Below the pieces are notes generated by a model. The model did no database searches and was not told where the DNA came from. It worked only from the letters and a program-made list of their open reading frames with translations. This document shows, piece by piece, positions 1-12,158 of a stretch of 64,000 nucleotides of DNA; the stretch's first letter is position 1; each line of letters begins with the position of its first letter. This stretch comes from Octopus sinensis (Eukaryota). The position numbers were made by a program, and so were the translations under genes. Location: positions 29,822,001 through 29,886,000 of the forward strand of contig NC_043020.1 of NCBI RefSeq assembly GCF_006345805.1. The letters are read 5' to 3'.

Positions 1-7
1 AAGCATA

Positions 8-544
8 TTCTGTTGTGTCTGGGGAGAGTCATTTTCTTTTAGTGCCTTATTTATTTTTTTCTGCATGTAAGCATATAGATATGTAAATAAACAGATCAAT
101 ATACAGACAGATAGGTATATAGACTATATGAACAGACACAGATGGAGACACGGATCCACACATATAAAGATACACATCCATACATACAAACATGGTAAAT
201 AGTTACATAACACACACACACACACACATAGAAAATACACAAACACCGGACATGCAAGCACATAAATATGCAGGATACGTACATACATATGCATACACAC
301 ATAAATGTACATGCATGCATGTATAGGCACACACACACACACACACTGACCCATACACATGCACACAAACAAACAAAAGGGAACGCAGTGTAAATAAGGG
401 ACAGAGTCAAGACTATTGAAAAGGTTGCAACACGCAACGAAAATTTTAGGAAAATAGAAATAAGAAAAAAGTGGAAATTTTACCGGTGAATGTGTTTAAT
501 AATAAGGCACAAAAAGAAATTGACTCTCCCCAGACACAACAGAA
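8..544. mobile_element. Inverted-repeat element, TTCTGTTGTGTCTGGGGAGAGTC family, interrupted by microsatellite; carries a hammerhead-like motif at 413-449
   Basis: Left terminus 8-50 is the reverse complement of the right terminus ~500-544; same family at 7192-7436, ~30137-30225 and ~60900-61010. Confidence 0.75.
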
Positions 545-1369
545 CACATATTAAAAAGGTTGAATGCGAGTTTGTCGTTTAATTGGAGTAATTTCCAAAG
601 ATTTCTAACATTGTTTCTTCAAACTTTACTTTTGAATTTGTGTAAATTAGTGTAGATATGAAAACTTAATGTAGATACACTCAGTACAACAAATTCATAT
701 TTTTATGTAAATGGAGGAGATTAGATGTTAAAATGGATTCTAGTTTTTTATTATTCATGTTGCCATAGAAAAGGACAGAGATATTGATAATGGGAAATTG
801 GAACTGTCAAATTGTACTTGTCGGTAGCTTGGGCAAAAACTACAAAAGACATAAGAAGTACATAGATTGTTTTTGTTAGTAATCATGTTGTGTTTGTTAT
901 TGGAGTCGTGTCTATTTAGAACAAGACTCTCGCATACAGTAAGCAGATCGGGTTATAAACCAAGCCGTGTCCTCTTGAAGCACATCTGCTTTATTCCAGT
1001 TCTCCAGAATTGTATGGAGAAGTTATCTTTGTGTGAAGCAGGCATCAGATTTGGGAAATATTTTTGGCAGAGTAATTATATATCACAACAGAAGAGTTGG
1101 GAAAGAAATTGTTTTTGGTGTTGTTTATTCACCATTACACATGTTCAATTTCCCAATAGGAGGTGTAAGACGTACATGTAGAGTAAACATGTAGGACATG
1201 TATTAGAAATTCTTCTGAGAATCACGTGACTTTGATTATTTATTCACCATTATGGTGAATTAATAATACCAAAAATTTTTTTCCAATCTCCTGTTTTTTA
1301 GTTAGTTATTTTTTTGGCTCAAAAAGCAAGGCCATGTAGGGGGACATGGAGTTATGTACAGGGTGGTGT

Positions 1370-1620
1370 TCATGTAAAGAGTTCAGGCCACTTGTGGTCA
1401 AAGGAGACTTTGTACCGAGCGGTCGTCGGCATCTTCACCATCTCGTCCGGCAGCTTATTCCACGGATCCGCAACCCGGACAGAGAAAGCCCCTCTCCTTC
1501 GATTGAGATGAAATCATCGCAGATAGAGCTTTTCGGAATGACCCCGCAGCCGACGCTCTGGAGCAGGAATGAAGAACAGCTCCTTCGAGAGGTTACACTT
1601 TCCGCTTATGATGTTGTGAT
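1370..1620 (-). mobile_element. CR1/L2-type LINE ORF2 3' end fragment
   Basis: Translates to ELFFIPAPERRLRGHSEKL...RRGAFSVRVADPWNKLPDEMVK, matching the RGH..KL / FS.RV...WN.LP motif of CR1-group C-termini; one internal stop. Confidence 0.75.
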
Positions 1621-1648
1621 ATGATGTTTTGATATGTATGTAAATATA

Positions 1649-1983
1649 TCATCATCATCATCGTTTAACGTCCGTTCTCCATGCTAGCATGGGTTGGACG
1701 GTTCGACCGGGGATCTGGGAAGCCAGAAGGCTGCACCAGGCTCCGGTCTTATCTGGCAATGTTTCTACAGCTGGATGCCCTTCCTAATGCCAACCACTCC
1801 GTGAGTGTAGTGGGTGCTTTTTATGTGCCTCCTGCACTGGTGCCAGGCGAGGCTGGCATCGGCCACGGTCGGATTGGTGCATTTTACGTGCCACCTGCAC
1901 GGAAGCCAGTCGAGGCGGCACTGGCTTCGGCCACGATTCGGTTGGTGCTTTTTACGTGCCACCGACACGGAAGCCAGTCGAGG
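1649..1983 (-). mobile_element. SINE family B with (GAT)n tail and RTE-like 3' end
   Basis: Shared core GGATGCCCTTCCTAATGCCAACCAC and CAT/GAT tail; other copies at ~8480-8650, 12780-13240, 13390-13860, 29430-29682, 32460-32660, 34575-34950, 44560-44940, 48330-48503 and 63470-63587. Confidence 0.75.
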
Positions 1984-2550
1984 CGATATATATATATTTA
2001 TTTATATTTTACATATATATGCATAAAGAGGACATGGATTCAGAAAATTGTTCATCTATCACAGTAAGCTCCTCCAACAGAATTGGCTATCAGTCCACAG
2101 AGTAATCAATTACAAAGAAGTGTAATATAAGATGTCCATGCAACTGAGAATCCAGAAAGTCTGAATGGTGAAATTATTCCATGAGGTGTATGTATGTATT
2201 TATAAATATGTATAATATATAGATATTTATACACACACATACTTACATATACATATAGAGGAAGCTGTTTATTATAATCACAGATTATGTAGCCAAACAA
2301 TTACCGTTATCAAAATTAGCACCGCCATCATCCTGCCAAGTCTTTACTTAAAATGTATTGGCAAACATTGCTTATTGGAATCAAACTGTCATTTGTTACT
2401 AGCGACATTTTTATGTAAGCTGCAATCCAATTACTACATTCCCTTCAAAGATCAAAAGCAAAGCACCAGAAGCTGTGGAGAAGGGAAAAGCTGACAGCGG
2501 ATGCTGGTAAGTTGAACTATTCAGTGAATATATATATATATATATATATA

Positions 2551-2920
2551 TCTCTATATATAAACGGCAGTTTGTCTGTGTGCGTGTCTGTGTGTCTGTT
2601 AGGTTGTACCCTCACCCTGACCACGGCTTTCAACCGATTCTGATGAAACTTGACACACACATAGCCCAATGTCATAATTCAAAACTAACGCAGCGAAAAT
2701 TTTGAAAAGTTCCCCCAGTTCTGAAAAAATCGATAAATTCGACATGGGGTCGAGAATCAGAAACACAAACCACAAACTGTCTAGGGGACGCAACTCCACC
2801 TTTTTTAACTCTCAAAAAAAATTTACCATCATTTTTTTCCATTTTTTGGCTATAACTCTCTAAAAATGCTTTATAGTTATTTCCCTTACAAACCTGAGCA
2901 ACGCCGGGCGATACTGCTAG
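2551..2920 (+). mobile_element. Non-autonomous Helitron
   Basis: 5' TC(TCTATATATAAA), 3' GC-rich hairpin CCTGAGCAACGCCGGG followed by CTAG; inserted between A and T with no TSD. Confidence 0.75.
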
Positions 2921-2939
2921 TATATAAATATATATATAG

Positions 2940-3095
2940 TGAGAATTTACAAAAAGACGAAGACAGGTTTGTAAACAACAAACAGATGTATTAGTTTAAC
3001 ACTCGGGAAGTGAGAAAGTTTTTTATGTTTCGAGCCTACGCTCTTCAACAGAAAGGAACACGAAATAAACAGAGAGAGAAAATAGAAAATATATA
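2940..3095 (-). mobile_element. Non-autonomous element next to (TA)n with a hammerhead-like motif (copy 1)
   Basis: Similar to 4222-4390 around AAAAGACGAAG.CAGG and TTTCGAGCCTACGCTCTTC.ACAGAAAG. Confidence 0.65.
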
Positions 3096-4221
3096 TATAT
3101 ACGAGCGAGGGGACAAATGTGTGTGGGGGAATGCCACACACATCAACAGACATGCACACAACCATGTGAGTATGTCCACACACCCATATTATATAACTAT
3201 ATATTTGCACATACTGCCCCTTCTTACTTCCTCTCCAACCTGACCAATTTCCTGTCCACCACAGGGTCGATTTCCTGTCCACCATGTGGTGTTTTCCAAC
3301 TAACCGTCATCACTGGTATACAGTTATACAAACATCAAACCACGACACCATGTGACTTTCCTTGACCAATCGCAGCCCACCTTACGGTAATAACAATCAG
3401 CTTCTTTCATTCAAATTCAAAATGACCGAACACTAGCATCAAATCTGAAACTCTACTCTTGGAGTACCAAGGAATTGGAATCAAACCGCTTTGATCCATA
3501 TATATATATATATGGCACCTTGGGCAAGTGTCTCTAGTATAGCCTCGATCCAACCAAAGCATTGTGAGAGGATTTTGTTGTTGGAAATTGAAAGAAACCC
3601 ATTATCAATAAAGATATGTGTGTGTCTGTCCCCCAGCCATCACTGTGTTGGAGTGTTTACATCCCTGTAACTTAGTGGTTTGGCAAAAGAGACTAATAGA
3701 ATAAGTACCAGGCTTTAAAAAAAATAAGTCCTGGGGTTGATTTGTTCGACTAAAACCCTTCAAGGCAGCGCTCCAGCATGGCCGCAGTCAAATGATTGAA
3801 ACAAGAGAATAAAAGAAAAATATAAGTTTGTAGTATTATAAGAAATGGATTTGGAGAATTGTGGGATTATCGCAGAAAGATCCTTTTACAAGCTCGATTA
3901 ACTGTCCCCGTAGTAATCCCAATAGAGAGAGGTGTAATGTGGGAAGAGGATCCATACAGCTGAAATCCAGAAGATCCAATCAATGAGATTATTTCATGAG
4001 GAATATATAAACGATGACAAGTGAGGAGGTCAGGCAGGTGCAAACAAGACCAAAAGTACATAGGGATGCAAACATTTAAGCATAACTTCTTCCACATGGA
4101 AACGGTTACGAGATGAACGAGGCTCTGCAAAACAGCCAGAATCCCCAGGATGACAAATCGTTAAAGAAATATGTTCATCTCTCATACCTCCTCAGTTTTT
4201 ATGGTTTATATATATATATAT

Positions 4222-4390
4222 AACAAGGTTTACGAAAATAAACAAAAGACGAAGGCAGGTGGAGTACAAACAAGCAAATGTATTAGTATGGCGCTCAGGA
4301 ATAGAAATAGAAAAAGTCTTTTACGTTTCGAGCCTACGCTCTTCGACAGAAAGATACACAGAAAAAAAAAACAAAGAGAGAAAAAAATGC
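4222..4390 (-). mobile_element. Non-autonomous element next to (TA)n with a hammerhead-like motif (copy 2)
   Basis: Second copy of the 2940-3095 family; motif at 4317-4354. Confidence 0.65.
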
Positions 4391-4702
4391 GTGTATGTAT
4401 ATATATACACGAGGGGTTGCTGGAAAATTCCTGGTTTTAAGGGTGTTGTGAAAGGCCTGGTTGAAAAACTGACAGACTGTTGCAATAAGCGCAAGAATCT
4501 GTGAAGGGAAATTGTTGAATAAAATCAGAATTAACTGATCTTCCTGTATTTTCTTCTACCCAAAGCCAGGAACTTTTCACCACACCCCTTGCATACATGT
4601 GTGTGTGTATGTATATTATGTGTGTATATATGTGTGCATATATATATGTATGTATATATACACACATATCTATAAACACACACATATATATGTGTATATA
4701 TA

Positions 4703-5105
4703 CTCTTTTACTCTTTACTCTTTTACTTGTTTCAGTCATTTGACTGCGGCCATGCTGGAGCACCGCCTTTAATCGAGCAACTCGACCCCGGGACTTATTC
4801 TTTTCTAAGCCCAGTACTTATTCTATCGGTCTCTTTTGCCGAACCGCTAAGTAACGGGGACGTAAACACACCAGCATCGGTTGTCAAGCAATGCTAGGGG
4901 ACAAACACACACACACAAACACACACACGCACATATATATACATATATACGACGGACTTCTTTCAGTTTCCGTCTACCAAATCCACTCACAAGGCTTTGG
5001 TCGGCCCGAGGCTATAGTAGAAGACACTTGCCCAAGGTTCCACGCAGTGGGACTGAACCCGGGACCATGTGGTTGGTAAACAAGCTACTTACAACACAGC
5101 CACTC
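4703..5105 (-). mobile_element. tRNA-headed SINE family A, near full length
   Basis: Head GTGGCTGTGTTGTAAG...GGGTTCAGTCCC, conserved CCTTGGGCAAGTGTCTT, internal (TG)n and TAAAAGAG tail. Other copies at ~3513-3815, 8055-8240, 21255-21410, 21787-22190, 25290-25430, 28500-28640, 31565-31710, 32990-33200, 47250-47990, 49110-49500 and 57180-57575. Confidence 0.8.
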
Positions 5106-5112
5106 TTGCGCC

Positions 5113-5173
<61 letters not shown>

Positions 5174-7191
5174 TATGTATGTATATATTTGTGTTTGTAC
5201 ATACATACATATAATGTATATACCAGTGGTGTGCGGTGACTTCCGGAGTTGGGTATGCAATGAATTTCTTTGTTCCCCCCCCCCCAACAATTTTTCAGTG
5301 TATATTTCCTTTGTCGAAGTTTAAAAGTGTTTAATTACACAAAATTATTTTTTAAATCTGCCGGTCAAAGTGAAAAGATCCCAGTCCAATATATATATAT
5401 ATATATATATATCCCGCCACATGACGGAACGGTCATTTCTGGAATGTTTTTGATCTTGGCTCATTCAAAGCTTACCTACAATTAAGAATATCGCTTTCAG
5501 AAATATTGTCATCAGTTCGTGTTGTTTTATTTACATGAGGGAAAACGGGACAACGGTTTCAAATCCATTCATCTCTCATCTGATGATGAGAGAGAGATAG
5601 AGAGACAGACAGAGAGGGGAGAGAGACAGACAGAGAGGGGAGAGAGACAGACAGAGAGGGGAGAGAGACAGACAGAGAGGGGAGAGAGACAGACGGACTG
5701 ACAGAAGCAAAAAGAGAAAGGGAAACAGAAAGAGAGACAGAGAGAGAGAGAGAAACTGGCAGACAGGTTGAGAGAAAGAGAGAGAGACAGACAGACAGAG
5801 AAGCAGAGAGAGAGAAAGATATGCAAAGTAAGAGAGGAGGCGAGGGAGACAGAAAGAGACGAAAAGGGGTTGACAGAGAGAAAGAGGAGCGGATAGAGCG
5901 GAAGAAAGAGCGGGAGAGAGGGAGAGAGAAAGACAGAAAAACAAGCAGAGAGAGGGAAAGAGAGAGTGGAGAGGGAGAAAGAAGTTATAAACTGTCGTTA
6001 GTGAAGTTATTGCTGTTGATTGTTGTTGTTGTTGTGGTGGGTGGGTGGTGGTGGTGAAAGCAAGAGAGGTCGAAACTGTTTGACCCCAGAGGGTCACAGT
6101 TGCTGGCTTTTGTTGTTTGTTTTGCTTTGAGTAGCAAACGTGGTTCTTCGCTTTTTGGTCAAACTAAAGCGTTTGACCCGGTCATAAAAACAAACAAAAA
6201 TAGTGTAATGGGTGTAAAACAACTTGCTCTAAACGAATATGACCAAAAAAAATAGGCGAGGGGGGAGGCCTCGGAAAATTCACATCTCCAGTCCATGGCC
6301 TTTAAACTATAGTGTTTGACCCAGGCCGGAAAAAAAATTAAAAAATAAGTGTAATTGGTGTAAAACTACTTGTTCTAAACGATTGTCAAGAACACACACA
6401 AAGAGAAATGGTTGGTTGAAGGCAAGTGTGCATTGAACTGAATTTAGATAAGCAAGAAATATATTATCAAAGAAAAGGCCATAGCACCATCTTTAGTGTC
6501 TGTTGTTGTTATTATTATTATTATGGAGTTGAATGCGTGTGTGTGAGTGGTGAAGTTATCAATATCAATAGATTAAGCAACACCATTGAAGTGAAATAAT
6601 AGTTTCTATACTTTTGGTTTGGCACTGCTGAATTGAGTCAAAGACTATAAAATACAAGTCAGCAGAAAAAAGAAATACGAAAAATGCGATATTCATAACA
6701 GTAAAGAAATAAGACCTCCCCCAAACAGTAACCCTTGTCTTTAAAATCTCCCTAACAAAAAGAAGAAAGGTTGTTTGGCTATGGACCGATCTTTCCATGT
6801 TGTGGTTTAGCCATTATTTACACGATTTTTTTTCTGCTTTTGTGCCCGGGTCAAACCCTTTTAGTTTGACCCTTTTCTAAGCAAAAAAGTAAACAAGGCC
6901 AAGAGAATAATTGTCTCGTGAATTTCTTGTATCATCGCAAATTAGGTAAATTCGATGTTGGTCTGAGACCGTTTATAATTAATTGTTTCCCATCGAATTC
7001 TCTTTTCGAAAAGCTATTTCCCAAAATATCGTTTATAACACATTTCACTCATTTCGAAAAAGGCTGCTCTTATATAAGAACACACGTGGAAGTGTCTGAG
7101 TAAATTCTAAGTCAATTTCAACAAAACGGAAAAATAACGTTAGTTAAATTAATTAAAGATTAATTAGCTACTTCTGAAATAATATAATATA

Positions 7192-7436
7192 TTCTGTTGT
7201 GTCTGGGGAGAGTCATTTTCTTTTTGTGCCTTATAATGTAACACACTCACCGTTAAAATTTCCACTATTTTCTTATTTTTATTTTCCTAAAATTTTCGTT
7301 GCATCTTGCAACCTTTTCAATAGTCTTGACGAAAATTTTAGGAAGATAAAAATAAGACAAAAGTGGAAATTTTACCGGTGAGTGTGTTACATTATAAGGC
7401 ACAAAAAGAGAATGACTCTCCCCAGACACAACAGAA
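7192..7436. mobile_element. Foldback element with ~108-bp inverted arms and 29-bp spacer (same family as 8-544)
   Basis: Arms 7192-7299 and 7329-7436 are near-perfect reverse complements. Confidence 0.85.
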
Positions 7437-7585
7437 GATGCTTCAACACACGAACTATTATATGAAGAATCTTGCAAACCAAATCCAAAAACGAAATATA
7501 ATATAGATTATATTTTTTTGTTGTCAGAACACTTCAAAAATATAATAGTACAAACATGTTTTGGATAAAAAGAATTCAAACTTAC

Positions 7586-7632
7586 CACCATTTCAGCTGG
7601 GAAACTCAAGAATTATGGGACAGCTCTTGTCA
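7586..7632 (-). other. Candidate 47-nt exon of a downstream minus-strand transcript, ending ATG GTG
   Basis: Long (CT)n acceptor ...CTCTCTCTCAG and donor GTG|GTAAGT; no partner exon identified. Confidence 0.35.
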
Positions 7633-7884
7633 CTGAGAGAGAGAGAGGAAGGAAGGACAAACTGACAGAGAGGGAGTGTCTGTCATGGTGGGGTCTTCTC
7701 AAAGCAGAAGTATGAGGCAGTGAGAGAGGGGGAAGGGGAGACGAAATATTTCGAAAACAACTGGACGAATATTCTTTGAAACAAAGAAACTATTTTATCG
7801 AATTTTCCGATGACATGGATAAAGAATCACATACCTTGCATACCTGAGAGTGCACGCCCCTGATATATATATATATATGTATAT

Positions 7885-7935
<51 letters not shown>

Positions 7936-9039
7936 TAGATAGATAGATATATATATACATATATAGATATACATATATATACATATATAGATATACATAT
8001 ATACATACATAGATATATACATACATATGTATGTATGTATGTATGTATGTATATGTTTGTGTCTGTGTTTGTCCCCTCCACCAAAATTTGACAACTGATG
8101 TTGATGTGTTTATGTCCCCGTAACTTAGCGGTTCGGCAAAAGAGACCGATAGAATAAGTACTAGGCTTACAAAGAATAAGTCATGGGGTCGACTAAAGGC
8201 AGTGCTCCAGCATGGCCACAGTCAAATGACTGAAACAAGTAAAAGAGTAAAAAGAGAGAGCAATATTTCTATATATACATACATATATATACATATATGT
8301 GGCCTGCTCGCTTAGCCAGCGGGGTGGCGTCATTCAAAGGCTAAAACAATGCGAACGCATTGTGACCAGCAATGTGTAACAACATCTGATGGTCTGGTCG
8401 GTCACATGATCACGTGATATACATATATGTGCAAGAGTTAAGGAATGGAGTAGATAAGATTTGGGCTACATATGGTTCATAGCGAGCAGAACCACGGGCT
8501 CCTGTGCCGGTGGCACGTAAAAAGTACCCACTACACTCTTGGAGTTGTTGGCGTTAGGAAAGGCATCCCACTGTAGAAACATTGCCAGATCAGATCGGAG
8601 CCTTGTGCAGCCCCTGGCAGTCAAGGGGCACTAGCATCAGCCACATTCAGATGATGTGTTTTATGCACCACCAGCACGGGTACCAGTCAGGGTCCACTGG
8701 TATCGACCCTGTTCGGATGATGCATTTTAAGTGCCACCGGAACAGGAGTGTGCATTTTTATGTGTGTATAATAAGAAGAAGTGGTGCTCCATCGGTTACA
8801 ATGATGAGGGTTCCAGCTGATCCGATCAATGGAACAGCCTCCTCGTGGCTTGGCTGAGTACTCCACAGACACACCATTTAACGTAGTTCTCAGGGAGATT
8901 CAGCATGGCACAGAATGTGACAAGGCTGTCCCCTTTGAAATACAGGCACAACTCGTATTTGCCAGCCGAGTGGTCAAGAGCAGCGTGGAATAAAGTGTCT
9001 TGCTCTGGATCTTGACAGCAGTGTTAAAAACACAGCAAC

Positions 9040-9199
9040 TTTTGGGGAAGAGATGGAAGTCTTCAGGTGCTAAATCTGTCCAACGGGGCAGGTGTGGATG
9101 TGACATCATGTTGTCTTTGGCAAGAAACTCACATGTGAGGAGAGCTCGGTCGCAGGGTGCACTGTCGTCGTGATGCATCCAGTTCTTTGCACTCCACAA
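9040..9199 (-). mobile_element. Mariner transposase remnant
   Basis: ORF 8900..9199 reads WMHHDDSAPC...EFLAKDN...HPHLPRWTDLAPEDFHLFPK, a decayed HDNAP / HPPYSPDLAP.DF.LFP motif pair. Confidence 0.8.
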
Positions 9200-9511
9200 A
9201 TCTGGTTGCTTTCACAGAGTGTCCTCTCTCAATCTCAGAATCTCTGGATTCCGTGGCATATAAGTCTTCCACTTAGATGGGAGGACCGTCTGTCACAGGG
9301 TTAATCCTTTTTGCCAGCTGAGTGGACTGGAGCAATGTGAAATAAAGTACCTTGCTCGAGGGCACAGTGCGCCACCAGGAATTGAACACACGACCTTATG
9401 ACCCTGAGCCAAATCCCCCACCATCCACTCGGCCACATAACTTCCCTGTGTGTCAAATGGTTTACAAGAAGAATTACAATGGAAAAGTGAAACAAAATTT
9501 AGACTGAAATA

Positions 9512-9517
9512 TTTATT
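9512..9517 (-). terminator. Candidate poly(A) signal of ZNF143 (3'UTR about 1.0 kb)
   Basis: AATAAA on the minus strand followed by a U/GU-rich stretch (TTTTGTTTCACTTTTCCATTGT); first such hexamer seen downstream of the stop. Confidence 0.55.
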
Positions 9518-10117
9518 TTATATAGAATCAATCATGGGTTGTGAATATAGAGAAGTTTGCAATCAACACAAACAATATGTAAGATTTAAAAAAAAAAAAG
9601 TCTATTTCAGAGCCTGGCTTCCTCTCATCAGAACTCCTTCATAAAGAAAGATACAAAGCATTGTCCCAAAAATTTCATGAAAAATAATATTTGTGATGTG
9701 GTCTCTATCAGCTTTGTATCACCAACATTTCTGCATAACTAGTGGCAAGGCTCTAAGTGTAACACTTTTCTTTGGATATAAATATTTTCCATGTAAAATA
9801 TTATATTCTTGAAGTGACACTTTGAAAAGTGCAATGTTCTGCAAACGGTTTTGGTTTTGTTATCATCATCATCATCGTCGTCTTCGTCAAAGTCAACAGT
9901 GGATTCCAATTTGAGGCACAAAGAGGAAGTTTTTGATCACAGCTAGAAGTATCATTGCACCCACATTAGTTTAGCTCACAAGAGAGAAATGTTTCACTCA
10001 ACAGATCTCAAAACAGACTGAGCTGCCATTCTTCATGTACACAAGTTCTTACAAAGATTTGTTGAAGTACACAGCACATTAGTGAATATATATACACATA
10101 TATATACACATATATAT

Positions 10118-10172
<55 letters not shown>

Positions 10173-10529
10173 TATATATATATCTCAACTTATATTAATA
10201 CTGTCATTCCTTTTCTGCTCAATCAATAAATCAAATTAAAAAGTATTGATTTCAGGTTCTGTGTATTGGCATTAACAGTCTCCGTTAATAAAAGACACAG
10301 AATGAAGATGGTAAATTTAAAGAATAAACTGTGGTAAACAAAATTTAGCAATTTCACCAAACGTGTGTACGTTGTTGTGTTGAGGTTTTTGTCCTGTCTG
10401 CTCTGACCTTTCCGTAAATGTCTTCTTCCCTTTCAAACAGTAAAAACAGTGCAAGGGTGGTGGAGTTTTTGTGGCTTTAAATTAAAGTAGCTTTCACCTT
10501 TTTTTCCTTCTCTTTTTTTTTTCTGGATT

Positions 10530-10694
10530 TCATTCCGTGTGAAATGTCAATATGGCTGTTGCGTCGGAATTGGTACCAGATACAATACAGTTACTGGGTG
10601 CCACGCTTGTTGAGTTGCTGCCGTCTGTTGAGTTTGTAACCGCTTCTAAACCTTCGGTGACATCAAAGTGCTGCTGTTGCTGCTCAGCAAGTTG
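10530..10694 (-). CDS. ZNF143: ZNF143 last coding exon (QLAEQQQQHF...LTFHTE*)
   Basis: Acceptor CTTCCTTTTTTCCAG; 165 nt ending in TGA at 10530-10532; the 13 exons sum to 1932 nt (643 aa plus stop). Confidence 0.85.
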   Translation of the reverse strand, partial: QLAEQQQQHFDVTEGLEAVTNSTDGSNSTSVAPSNCIVSGTNSDATAILTFHTE

Positions 10695-11603
10695 CTGGAA
10701 AAAAGGAAGACAACATCAAGTCAGATTACACACACACACACACTGATAGACAGAGGCCGACAGATAAATAGATGCACAGGGTAGACAGACAGACAGGTAG
10801 ATACAGAGAGAGAGACAGAAAGACAAACAGGTAGCATATCAAGATATTATTTCAAGTACTCAAACCAGCCTCAGATCAAAGACTAAGCTCAAATGCTTGT
10901 AAGAGAGTGGACTTCTAAGGGCCAGATGGTGGTGGTGTTAAACTGACTGACAGATTAAGTCTTCCACTCCAGAACAGGTATGGTCCATCCAAATAGCTTC
11001 TGCACAGTTCATATTCAATTTCATTCAAAACCTTGGATCGATCCAAGTCCAGTTATGCCTGCACACTCATGGATAGAAAGGGACGAAAGCTTCTGAGATG
11101 TGCAAAGCAGCGAGAAAAGCAAGTCTATTTTAAATGAAAACCTGAATCACTAACAGAAACCCATTCTTGCCATTGGTGATGGATGGTATGACCTGTGGCT
11201 AAATTCTATCACAGAACTGGCTCAACTGCAAGTCCCAAAGAAAGTCCCCACCTGTTGGCAACATGCTCCTGCATCTAATGGAACTATGTTTACAGGTTCA
11301 AACCCTTCAAATTTACCATCAGAATCAGAATTACCAAATTGGAGAAATTACATTCTGCTTCCATTTTGCTTCATTGCTGAAATTGAAGTTTTTGCTTCAC
11401 CAATGGGTCGTGTAACCCACGAATCATATGCAAATCAGTTCACAAAACCTCTTTCTATTGGCCAGTAAAAATAAAATGTGTGTACTACATCATATGAAAT
11501 AGAGAGAATTCCAGAAAGTACCATTCTATAAAAAATAAGTTACCTCGGTTCCCTTGTCTCAAATGCACAGAACCAAGTTATACTTGGTCCCTATACACTA
11601 GAG

Positions 11604-11804
11604 CAGTGCTTTTCAAACTTTTTGCTGGAGCGGAACCCCAAGGAAACATTCCACTGGCTCGAGGAACCCCTGTGCAATAATTTAATAGTCTTATGCACAT
11701 ATATCTGCACAGGAGAATTAAAAATTACTGCTGATTTTAGCAGTTTTGTAACTTCTTGCGGAACCCCTGGACTGTACTGGCAGAACCCTGATTGAAAAGC
11801 ACTG
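11604..11804. mobile_element. hAT (Buster/Charlie-type) MITE
   Basis: Perfect 13-bp TIR CAGTGCTTTTCAA; perfect 8-bp TSD CACTAGAG (11596-11603 and 11805-11812) with central TA. Confidence 0.92.
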
Positions 11805-11966
11805 CACTAGAGGTTAACATTGATTTTTCAAGTGACTAGCTTCATTTGTTTATTATTATTATTATTATTATTATTATTTACAATGAGTCATTAGAAGCAA
11901 CTTGTCAGAGGATAAAGACAAAAACTGGACTGAAAAATGACAAAATTCTAATTGACCCCATCTTAC

Positions 11967-12158
11967 CTGAAATGCATGAAATTGCGAAGGGTCTGCTACA
12001 ACAAACACTTGTTGGTTAGGATCCCCTCCAATACTGATGCGAGCCATTCCGTGCTGTTGGAGAGCAGCCTGTGTTTGATGGGGAATCGCCTGCAGGGCAA
12101 CCATTGTGTTGTCTTCTGCCACCACACTTACACGTTCATTATCTGCCATCATCGTTAT
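11967..12158 (-). CDS. ZNF143: ZNF143 coding exon 12 (ITMMADNERVSVVAEDN...FHAFQ)
   Basis: Inside ORF 11874..12152; acceptor TTTAATTAATTAG, donor CAG|GTAAGA; 192 nt, phase 0-0. Confidence 0.87.

Noticed and set aside
700-1000. Possible Penelope GIY-YIG remnant (GLVYNPIC...)
   Set aside because: Similarity too weak and fragmented to support without a search.
3867-4130. 87-aa minus ORF after a good acceptor; protein-like plus frame RNGFGELWDYRRK...
   Set aside because: No recognisable homology, multiple stops in the alternative frames and no consistent exon chain.
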